Shown here piece by piece: positions 26,657 through 34,468 of a stretch of 64,000 bases of DNA. The position numbers and the translations under genes were made by a program. The notes beneath the pieces were generated by a model. That model made no database searches and had not been told where the DNA came from. It saw only the letters and a list, made by a program, of their open reading frames with translations. The DNA is from Candidatus Micrarchaeota archaeon (GTDB lineage: Archaea; Micrarchaeota; Micrarchaeia; Micrarchaeales; Micrarchaeaceae): NCBI GenBank assembly GCA_964433165.1, contig CAYSQH010000001.1, positions 5,823-69,822 on the forward strand, written 5' to 3'. Position 1 is the first letter of the stretch. Each line of letters starts with the position of its first letter.

Positions 26657-27367
26657 TTACATCTCGTACATCCTGCGGAGCTGCGACACCTTGTCTTGTT
26701 TGCCACCTGACATTGCCGCATTTACCCTTTCCTCCCATACCGAATGCTCTATCTCATTGCCATTATGCCGTATTTTGCTTGCGGTCTTCTCATCCCCTAT
26801 GTCTAGGTAGACCTTTTCAGTGTCCCTAGATGCGTCAAGTATCGCGGGTCCCGACAGGAAGGACAGGGCGATGCTTTTTGCCTCGTCATAATTGGACCGC
26901 ACAAGCTGCATGCAGAATTCACCCTTGGAATTGGACTTCACGATTTCATTGTACTCTTCCAGACCCTGTTTTGGCTTGGCATCTTCTAGTCCCGCAATGC
27001 CGTCATAAGACAGGTAATACCTGTTCATCTCCGCCAGAGCCTTCTCGGCGTCATCGCGTTCATTTACGTTTCCCTTCACGAATTCCAGCATCTTTACCGT
27101 TTCCCTGCATATGTCCTTTGCCACATCCCTGTTGCCTAGGGCCGCATAGGCGCGGCTGGCATCCTTTCCCGCTTCCAGAAGATCTCCAGCTGACAGAAGG
27201 TAATCGGTCATGCGCACATTGCACATCGCGTCCGCATATTGGCCCCTCATGAGCTGCATGCATAATTCGCCCCTGGCAAACTGTCTTATCGCGTTGTTGT
27301 GCTCCAGCGGGCGCACGCTGGACCTTTGGACATTATCCTTTTCCTTTTGCATTGTACCACCGATCAT
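26657..27367 (-). CDS. hypothetical protein with an internal duplication (G-E-x-CMQL-x-R-x-x-Y repeat)
   Basis: ARGELCMQLMRGQYADA is repeated as SKGEFCMQLVRSNYDEA. There is an ATGA overlap with the L10e stop. Confidence 0.55.
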   Translation of the reverse strand: MIGGTMQKEKDNVQRSSVRPLEHNNAIRQFARGELCMQLMRGQYADAMCNVRMTDYLLSAGDLLEAGKDASRAYAALGNRDVAKDICRETVKMLEFVKGNVNERDDAEKALAEMNRYYLSYDGIAGLEDAKPKQGLEEYNEIVKSNSKGEFCMQLVRSNYDEAKSIALSFLSGPAILDASRDTEKVYLDIGDEKTASKIRHNGNEIEHSVWEERVNAAMSGGKQDKVSQLRRMYEM

Positions 27368-27891
27368 GAAGCAAGTGTCGTGACTACCTTGTACTTCCCT
27401 GACATCTTAGTAGTCGCCCGCCTGAATGCGGCCACGACCTTGGCCTTGTTCTGCTGCATTGTCCTTACCATGAATACCGACTGCCCTTTCCTCACCCTTG
27501 CGGCTACGAAGGTAGGCCTTCCGAAGGCCTGGCTCATTCCCCTTGATATTCTGTCCGCCCCAGCTCCCGTTGCCATCTTGTGTTCCCTTATGACGCTGTG
27601 CGGGTACACGAGAACCCTGAAATAGTACTGCCCGGGTATCTCGGTCTCGAGAAACTTGTTTATCGCCTGGCGCGCGGATTCGAGAGAATTGGACCTAAGC
27701 TGTATGAATGTCTCGGATGAGAGCTTCATCTCCATGTCGTATTGGCCTTTCGAGTCGCCCATGTTGAACACAAGGAGGCTGGTGTGGGGCAGCGCCCTGA
27801 CGTAGTTCTTGCGCGGTTTCTTCAGGGAATAGCGCGCCCACGGCTGCGAATGCAGATCGCGCATCGTCCTTGCAGGTCTAAGCCTTGCCAT
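27364..27891 (-). CDS. rpl10e: 50S ribosomal protein L10e (uL16)
   Basis: MARLRPARTMRDL...YVRALPHT...FGRPTFVAARV is typical of L10e. Confidence 0.92.
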   Translation of the reverse strand: MARLRPARTMRDLHSQPWARYSLKKPRKNYVRALPHTSLLVFNMGDSKGQYDMEMKLSSETFIQLRSNSLESARQAINKFLETEIPGQYYFRVLVYPHSVIREHKMATGAGADRISRGMSQAFGRPTFVAARVRKGQSVFMVRTMQQNKAKVVAAFRRATTKMSGKYKVVTTLAS

Positions 27892-27975
27892 TTCAATCAC
27901 TAAGCATGAGTTCTACCTTAGGATAAGGCAACTATATATTGGTCGGAAAGATATATATTTGTTGGGAGGAGCTGG

Positions 27976-30282
27976 TCATGACTCCACGACCGAGGTGTAT
28001 TCATCCGCGTCCTTGTTCCTCTCGAGGGAGTATACCCTCGCAGAGGCTATGTTCTTGAGCGCCCCGTCGTGCGTTATGATGAATATCTGCTCCACAACTT
28101 TCGGCAGGGAGTTCCCGAGCACGTCTATGAACTTCCCTATCCCGTTCTCGTCTATGTTGTGGGTTGGCTCATCGAGTATCAGCCATTTCAGGTTAGGCAC
28201 TATCACCATCGACAATGCTATTCGCATCGCCAGGCAGGCCATGCTCCGCTCCCCGCCGCTTGCTATCCCGTTTATCTCCACCCATCCGTTGCCGTTACCC
28301 CCGTTGACGTGGGCCTCGAGCATGTAGTCGTCCTTCCTGGAATCCAGCCTTATAGTCCTGTAATCGGCATAGGGGTACAATTCCGTCCATACGTCATTCA
28401 TTATGGCGTTTATCGACCTTACCAGGCTGGCCCTTAGCTCCGTACCCGTTTCGACCAGCGCAGATCTGAACCTGTTCATGCTCGCTATCTGAGACCTTCT
28501 CTGCTCTATGCGCACGCGCATGGACTCGTACATGGCAATTATCTTTGTCTTCTCCGATATCTGCGAGTCCAGGCTCCTTAGGTACCTCTCGTTGCTGGAT
28601 GCCTTCTCTCTCATCTCGCTAAGGGCAGCGCTCTCCTTGGTTAGGGATTCCTGTGTGGAATACATCTCCTTCTCGTCGAACTTCATTGATGCGGCCTCTG
28701 ATCTCTTCGCCTCTGCCTCCTTGGAGACCTTCCCGTGCTCCAGCATGTGCTTCTCCAGCCTCGATGCGGCATCAAGTTTCATCGCAATCTTTGAGATGGA
28801 CTCCGCCACAGAGTCGCGACGCTTGGAGATGGAATCGTATTCCGCTGACGCCCTTGCATGCTCCTCCGATAGTTTCCCGTGCTCCAGCGTGAACTTCTCG
28901 ATGAGGGAGTCTACATCCCTGAATTCCGACATCCGCCCCGATGCCTTACTCAACTCCTCGTGCTTCTTCTTCAGCTGCTCAAGCGATGCCCTTGCGCTCT
29001 TTATCGCGGATTCCGCTGCGGTTATGGACTCGTCGTATTCCCTTATCGAATCCCGCCTCTGCGCGATAAGGCCCTTCCGCATCTCCTCAGGCAGATCCCT
29101 CTCGCATACCGGGCACTTTGCCAGGTGAGATTCGAGCTCCCTCGCCCATTTCGCCGCATCGGCGCGCGAAGTCTCAAGCGAGGATATGTTCCTGACCATC
29201 CCCTGTATAGAGAATTCCAATGATGAAATGTCCTTTGTCATTGACGTGACGTCTATGCCCTTCAGGGATTCAGCAATGCGATCGCGCTGGACCGCCCTTT
29301 CCCTGTTCTGCTTAAGATATGCCTCGGCGGCGGACATGCGCTTCGCCGATTCGGTCTCCATAAACTTGAGCTTCGTCCTTCGCTCCTCCATGCCGGACAT
29401 CTCCCCCTTCAGTTCCGAGAGCTCCCGCTCCAGTTGACCCTTTTCGGATGCATCCCTGGACAGCCTTCCGATCTCCTTCTCAAGCATCGACTTCCTTCCG
29501 GAGAGCTCCGCAATCTCCCGCTCCAATAGCTTGCTCCTCTGCTGAAGCTGCCGCATCGAGGATATCGACCTGTCAAGCCCTTTGACCCTGGATTCTAGTT
29601 CGCCAATTCCCTCGGTTATGGACTTTTGCGCCGCAAGTATCAAGCTGCGCTCCGACGCCAGCTTCTCCAATTGCGACTTGGCCCCAGCGGCGTCCTGCTG
29701 TGCCATCATCTGCTCCTCATCAGATATCATTGAGCGCAGGCTGTTTATCAATGACGTGGAGTTCTCCTCGGCCCTGGCGAAGGAGTCAAGGCCCAGCATC
29801 TGGTCCATCTGGCGCTTGCGCTCCCCCTTGGTCAATTCAAGCAGGTAGTCTATGCGGTTCTGCTCCGCATACACCGCCCTCGAGAATGTATCGTAGTCCA
29901 CCTTTATGAGTGACTCTATCTCCTCGTTCACCCTCGCGGGCTGGGTCTGTAGGTAGCTCCCATTGCGCTCGAGCCTTGCGGAGGATGGCTCCTTCCTGCT
30001 TATTTTCCTTGTTACCGTATACTCGTTGCCGTCTATCGTGAATGCGAGCCGCACCTCAGCGTTGTCTTCCACACTGGGCCTGCTCGATATTATGTCCTCT
30101 GTGGAGACCCTCTTGTGGACAAGCGAAGGGAACGTGCCGAACAGCGCGAAGGATATTGCGTCCATTATGGAGCTCTTGCCAGCGCCCATGACCCCAACAA
30201 GGACGTTGACGCCCTTCTGGAAGTTCATCGCCGTGTGCCTGTGCGTCTTCCAGTTCCTCAGCTCTATTGACTTAAGCATCAA
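27976..30282 (-). CDS. rad50: Rad50-type SMC-like ATPase with zinc hook
   Basis: Walker A GVMGAGKSS, a long coiled coil with the central hook KCPVCERDL, signature SGGERSMACLAMRIAL, and Walker B LILDEPTHNID. Confidence 0.85.
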   Translation of the reverse strand: MMLKSIELRNWKTHRHTAMNFQKGVNVLVGVMGAGKSSIMDAISFALFGTFPSLVHKRVSTEDIISSRPSVEDNAEVRLAFTIDGNEYTVTRKISRKEPSSARLERNGSYLQTQPARVNEEIESLIKVDYDTFSRAVYAEQNRIDYLLELTKGERKRQMDQMLGLDSFARAEENSTSLINSLRSMISDEEQMMAQQDAAGAKSQLEKLASERSLILAAQKSITEGIGELESRVKGLDRSISSMRQLQQRSKLLEREIAELSGRKSMLEKEIGRLSRDASEKGQLERELSELKGEMSGMEERRTKLKFMETESAKRMSAAEAYLKQNRERAVQRDRIAESLKGIDVTSMTKDISSLEFSIQGMVRNISSLETSRADAAKWARELESHLAKCPVCERDLPEEMRKGLIAQRRDSIREYDESITAAESAIKSARASLEQLKKKHEELSKASGRMSEFRDVDSLIEKFTLEHGKLSEEHARASAEYDSISKRRDSVAESISKIAMKLDAASRLEKHMLEHGKVSKEAEAKRSEAASMKFDEKEMYSTQESLTKESAALSEMREKASSNERYLRSLDSQISEKTKIIAMYESMRVRIEQRRSQIASMNRFRSALVETGTELRASLVRSINAIMNDVWTELYPYADYRTIRLDSRKDDYMLEAHVNGGNGNGWVEINGIASGGERSMACLAMRIALSMVIVPNLKWLILDEPTHNIDENGIGKFIDVLGNSLPKVVEQIFIITHDGALKNIASARVYSLERNKDADEYTSVVES

Positions 30283-30391
30283 TGCACCCGCAAAAAGGAA
30301 TCGCTATTATTTGGATGACCGCTTACTTATTGCTTGCGGAGGTCATGTGGCAGGTTGTGGATGTGCGGCCGAAGGCCGCCTTGAACCCGCC

Positions 30392-30640
30392 TTACAGCAG
30401 GCCCTCCTCTGCCACTTCCAGCTCCCCGACCCCCTCAACGTTCCTAAGGGAATCCTCTATCTTCGATGAGCTGGTCTCGGCATCGTCGAACTTGAACATG
30501 ACCTTTATCACCTTTATACCGAAGGCTACCTCCTCGGTCTGGAGCGCTGTTGGATTGAGCTTCTCCTTTATGTTGGATACTGCCAAATCAAGCATGCCCT
30601 CTTTAGGATACACATTGAACAGCACTGCTACCTTTGACAT
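30392..30640 (-). CDS. translation elongation factor aEF-1 beta
   Basis: MSKVAVLFNVYPKEG...AFGIKVIKVMF...VEGVGELEV. The start is placed at the internal ATG at 30640. Confidence 0.88.
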   Translation of the reverse strand: MSKVAVLFNVYPKEGMLDLAVSNIKEKLNPTALQTEEVAFGIKVIKVMFKFDDAETSSSKIEDSLRNVEGVGELEVAEEGLL

Positions 30641-30813
30641 CACGGTCCCTCGAATCCACAAACATCGCACTTGTACGTGTTTGATATCTCCCTGCACTGC
30701 CTGTCCCTTATTATGCGGCCCTTTCCGCACTGCGGGCAGTCGAACTCGGTATATTCATGCGAAAGATGGCCGCATGAAACGCATTTCTTGCCTGGTAGTA
30801 CTCTTTCGTCCAT
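30640..30813 (-). CDS. Zn-ribbon protein conserved next to aEF-1beta (not in ORF track)
   Basis: Manual translation gives MDERVLPGKKCVSCGHLSHEYTEFDCPQCGKGRIIRDRQCREISNTYKCDVCGFEGP (57 aa, three CxxC pairs). The TGATG junction overlaps the aEF-1beta start. Confidence 0.8.
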   Translation of the reverse strand: MDERVLPGKKCVSCGHLSHEYTEFDCPQCGKGRIIRDRQCREISNTYKCDVCGFEGP

Positions 30814-30817
30814 TTGA

Positions 30818-32632
30818 TTACCTTCTTTTCTTTGTGTGGTACCTTCTTCTAGGCCTCTTATCGGACTTTATTATGAGCAGTGAAAGTATTATGCTTATCG
30901 CAAGGAGCACCGCAATAGCGGTAGTCTCCGCGTATATGAACTCGTAGGCGTTCCTGAGCTTCTTTGCCAGCTGGGCGTTGCTCTCCGCAAGCATGGGATT
31001 AGACACGGGGACCAGGCTGCCGCTTATCAGGCGCGTGTCGTTGCTGAGCGCATTGGCCAGCTGCGCGGTCGTGTATGCCGATACCGCGTAGGATCTCGAA
31101 AGAGTGGAGTTGGCCGTTGCCCCGGACTCGTAGATGTAGAACTGGGATTCCCTAGCAAACTCCGTTGCCCACACGCCGTACGTTGAGTTGGCGGCTGTAG
31201 CCTGGGCGGCGGCGTTTATCTCCTGCACCGTCATGTTCTGCGGCACGGTATTGAATAGCACGTACGCGTAATCGGCATCCAGTATCGCAAGCGGATAGTT
31301 CTGCTCCTTGTACGCCTGCTGCGCTGTGCTCAGGTACAGGTTGCTGCCGGATGATGGCAGCGCCCTCTCGATCCTTGAATGGGCAACCTGCTGCAGGGAC
31401 TGGGAAACAGTGACGTAGTTGCCCGTCTGGTCCGATTCGTTGTATATGAGCCCGGCTGCCTTGCACCATGCGTTGGCCTGCGCCGCGAGGTACATGTCAT
31501 CGAGTATCTGGTCAGACTCTATCTGCGATGCGTTATACGCGCTTATGGAGCTGTTTATCGTATATGTGCCCCACGCCTGCCTCAGCTCCGCGCTTATGAC
31601 ATAGTTGTAGTTCTGCTTTGTGAGCGGCGGAGGGGTGAGTGAGGCGCAGGAGTTCTGCACCGCGGTCATGGTGCCTAGGGCGCTGCTCCTGGTGCTCGGA
31701 TAGCTGTTGAAGTAAAATGCGTTCAGGTAATCTAGGAAGGCGAAGTCCGCCGCGGTGTATATGTACCCTCGTGCGGCGATAGTTGAGCTCTGGTTGAGCA
31801 CCATGCCGAGCTGGGCTGCGACCGCGGAGAAGTTCTTGTTGGACTGCAGGTTGTCTATCTCGGACCTCGTAAGCACGAACGTCGCGTTGAGCAGCGTGTT
31901 GAAGGTACTGTAATTGCATTCGCTGCTGCAGTTTATCGTGGACTCCGGAAGCGACTGCACGCTGTAGTTGGTGTAGAAATCATAAGTGGTCATGTTTTCC
32001 AGGCCGCTTATGCTCCCATAGAACGCAAAGTGCGCTGCCTGCGATATGTTTGCAACCTGTACCAGAGGTATGCCGAATGTCGTCTGCACCAGAAGGTACA
32101 GCTCGTCCTCGGTGCTGGAGCTTGGGACCTTGGGGACAAGCACCAACCGCATGCCGCTTGCCTTCGCAGCGGCGACCTTGTTGTATACTCCTCCAATCTC
32201 CCCTATGCTTCCATCAGAGGATATGGTGCCAGTCATCGTGAAATTCGACCTGAGGGGCTTCCCGTCGAATGCGGAGATTGCGAGCATCGTCATAGCCGCG
32301 CCTGCGCTGGGCCCTGAGACGTTATCCCCTGCATCCTCGATCGAGTATGTGAAGTTGTACAGGCTCTCGTTGTGGTGGGTGTAGATTGATGCATACATAG
32401 CCGCGACCTTCGCGGACTGTATGGTGGATTGGCCCACTACCACGGGCCCTATCACATTTACGGCGCCGTTGCCGCTGGTTATCGTGATGCTTATGTTTGT
32501 GAGGCTACCGGTGTTGTTGAAAAGTATGACCGCAGGCGCGTGTATGGACGACATGCCCGCGACTGCCGCGCCGCACATGGCTGACGCCATGAATATCCCG
32601 ATTATGGACGCAAGAATTGCAAGTGCCTTCAT
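30818..32632 (-). CDS. membrane-anchored extracytoplasmic Lon-type (S16) serine peptidase domain protein without an AAA+ module
   Basis: GPSAGAAMTMLAISAF (catalytic Ser) and IGGVYNKVAAAKASGMRLVLVPK (catalytic Lys). It has an N-terminal signal anchor, a C-terminal TM helix plus a basic tail, and many N-x-S/T sequons. The start is placed at the ATG at 32632, about 35 nt downstream of TTTATATA. Confidence 0.7.
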   Translation of the reverse strand: MKALAILASIIGIFMASAMCGAAVAGMSSIHAPAVILFNNTGSLTNISITITSGNGAVNVIGPVVVGQSTIQSAKVAAMYASIYTHHNESLYNFTYSIEDAGDNVSGPSAGAAMTMLAISAFDGKPLRSNFTMTGTISSDGSIGEIGGVYNKVAAAKASGMRLVLVPKVPSSSTEDELYLLVQTTFGIPLVQVANISQAAHFAFYGSISGLENMTTYDFYTNYSVQSLPESTINCSSECNYSTFNTLLNATFVLTRSEIDNLQSNKNFSAVAAQLGMVLNQSSTIAARGYIYTAADFAFLDYLNAFYFNSYPSTRSSALGTMTAVQNSCASLTPPPLTKQNYNYVISAELRQAWGTYTINSSISAYNASQIESDQILDDMYLAAQANAWCKAAGLIYNESDQTGNYVTVSQSLQQVAHSRIERALPSSGSNLYLSTAQQAYKEQNYPLAILDADYAYVLFNTVPQNMTVQEINAAAQATAANSTYGVWATEFARESQFYIYESGATANSTLSRSYAVSAYTTAQLANALSNDTRLISGSLVPVSNPMLAESNAQLAKKLRNAYEFIYAETTAIAVLLAISIILSLLIIKSDKRPRRRYHTKKRR

Positions 32633-32666
32633 GTAATCAGCAATATCATAAAGCTTGTTATTAAGG

Positions 32667-32674
32667 TATATAAA
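32667..32674 (-). promoter_or_regulatory. TATA box (TTTATATA) for the S16 peptidase operon
   Basis: The plus-strand tatataaa reads TTTATATA on the minus strand, about 35 nt upstream of the ATG at 32632. Confidence 0.55.
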
Positions 32675-32816
32675 TCTATTGAGCGATTGAATTGCATGGG
32701 GACTTGACATTTACATATTTATCGCCGATGCCGTTATAACTCTCATTTTACCCCCAAGTCTGTCATAATGAACTTTTGAGGGCTAAAGCCTTCAGTATCA
32801 TGTAACGCAGCACAGG

Positions 32817-32969
32817 TCAGTTAAGGAATCTTTCAGACATATCCTGCCTTTTTATATATGCCTCTACGACTTCTTGATCTTGTGGCTCTACGCTTCTACT
32901 TCCATAATGTTTTCCCCAGAAGTGCCCCCCCCCCCCAGAAAAAATCCTTTCGGAGTCTGTACAATCTTT
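32817..32969 (-). pseudogene. possible relic of an IS200/IS605-type TnpA C-terminus
   Basis: A 50-codon open stretch reads KDCTDSERIFSGGGGHFWGKHYGSRSVEPQDQEVVEAYIKRQDMSERFLN. The pattern W-x3-Y-x-S-x-S/V...VV..YI..Q resembles the TnpA C-terminal motif (LW...F.STVG....V.QYIENQ). There is no start codon, and the G4 run corresponds to the C12 tract. Confidence 0.3.
32925..32936. repeat. C12 homopolymer tract
   Basis: Read directly from agtg cccccccccccc agaaaaaa. Confidence 0.95.
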
Positions 32970-33124
32970 TTAGAATTTTGTATTTGTATCTTGAATGAAG
33001 TACTGCATTTATCAGATCGCAGAGCATTTGAGGATCAGAACGTTCCCTGACTTTTGAAAATATTGATGGATTTGGCCTATGATCATATATCCTATCTCTT
33101 TTTCAATAGCATCTGTCGAAAGAT

Positions 33125-33207
33125 ATTCTATCAATTTTAATCAGTAAAACACTGTAATTGTTTTATTCTATCAATTTTAATCAGTAAAACACTGTAATTG
33201 TTTTATT
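33125..33207. repeat. perfect 40-bp tandem duplication (2 copies plus 3 nt)
   Basis: The unit attctatcaattttaatcagtaaaacactgtaattgtttt occurs at 33125-33164 and again at 33165-33204, followed by att. Confidence 0.95.
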
Positions 33208-33423
33208 GCAGATGCAAGAAGATGCTTTGCAAATTTTACTGTATGCCCGTAGTCCTGCACAATAACACGTGCATGTGCCTTAACCTCATGTACTTTATAC
33301 TTTAGGCGTGTTGATATTCATACAATCGCCTTGACGCAGGGGATTTACAGTCGAAGAGAAAAGAGAACCTGCGTTCAAGATCGTATAGAATCAGAAGATA
33401 TAGAATTTGTCAATTCCTAATAC

Positions 33424-34404
33424 CTACTGCTTTGCGGTCTGAACTGGCCTGGGGGATGCGCCATCGAACTTGCTCGCCTCGGCCCACAGCCTTGTGAACC
33501 TCGCTTCGGCCTCCACATGCCTTATGCCGACTATGTGCTCGCTCTTCCTATTGATTATGTTCAGCGGGGGTATCTTGTATGCAGTTGCGCCGTCGAGTAT
33601 CATGCGCTCGTGCTGCATGGCGGCATCCTTTGGGTTGAGCAGCCGCAGCTCAAACGGTATGCCCATCCCGTCGAGCTCGCTCTTGAAATCCCTGTACCGC
33701 CTCATGAATCCCTGGCCTAGCCGCTCCCCCTTCGCGAGCACCATTATCCTCGAATAGCCGCCGCTGCCCCGCTTTATCAGGTGTAGGAGAGTCTCCATCC
33801 CGGATTCGTCGAAATGCATATCCAGAATCATGACGTCCCCGTGCAGCTTTCGCATCAGTCTGCTCGAGAGCAGGGCCATATTCGAGTACGGAGTGTCCGG
33901 GTTTATGGATATGGGCTGCGCCCTCCTGGATTCCTTCCTGCGCATCCCGAACAGCTGGTACGCGCCACATGCGAATGCGGTTATGCCGCTGGAGTATGCC
34001 GCGGCGTAGGGAAGCAGGAAATGCCCTATGTTGAAGTTGGACTCGAGCACCGCAACGAGTATTACGAATATCACAGAGGACATTACCGACATTATACCGG
34101 CGGTTTTCCAGTACTGCCTGTAAAACAGCCAGATGGCGCCTATCGCGAACATTATCGCGGCAAAGGGGAGCAGGAAGTATGAGAGGTCAAGCGCCAGGGA
34201 GAGCGTTATGGACTGCGTTGCGGAGTTGAGGAGCCCCTGAGCGGCGATGCCCGTGAGGTTGTATGCCTTTATCGCAGTGGTTATCCCGTCGTACACCCCT
34301 ATAGAGTACGACAGGCGCTGCATGTAGTAGAACGTATACAGCGTGGCCACGGCTCCACTTGCAAGCACGAGTACCGCAGCATAGTTCATCCCTTCCTTGG
34401 CCAT
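33424..34404 (-). CDS. polytopic membrane protein with a cytoplasmic PLD-fold-like (MIT_C-like, H-E-R variant) C-terminal domain
   Basis: About 5 predicted TM helices come first. Then VMILDMHFDESG...RIMVLAKG...GIPFELRLL...MQHERMILDGATAYKIPPLNII is collinear with the MIT_C/PLD-like layout (..I.DPY.., ..HDR.I...G..I..GRGLD). This is a weak, motif-level call. Confidence 0.45.
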   Translation of the reverse strand: MAKEGMNYAAVLVLASGAVATLYTFYYMQRLSYSIGVYDGITTAIKAYNLTGIAAQGLLNSATQSITLSLALDLSYFLLPFAAIMFAIGAIWLFYRQYWKTAGIMSVMSSVIFVILVAVLESNFNIGHFLLPYAAAYSSGITAFACGAYQLFGMRRKESRRAQPISINPDTPYSNMALLSSRLMRKLHGDVMILDMHFDESGMETLLHLIKRGSGGYSRIMVLAKGERLGQGFMRRYRDFKSELDGMGIPFELRLLNPKDAAMQHERMILDGATAYKIPPLNIINRKSEHIVGIRHVEAEARFTRLWAEASKFDGASPRPVQTAKQ

Positions 34405-34468
34405 CGAATCCCAATGACAATGATATACTTATCCCATGCTTGGAATATATTTGCTCTGTTCGGATTGC

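Noticed and set aside
33125-33207. The tandem repeat considered as a possible CRISPR array.
   Set aside because: There are only two directly abutting copies with no spacers, and no cas genes are in the window.
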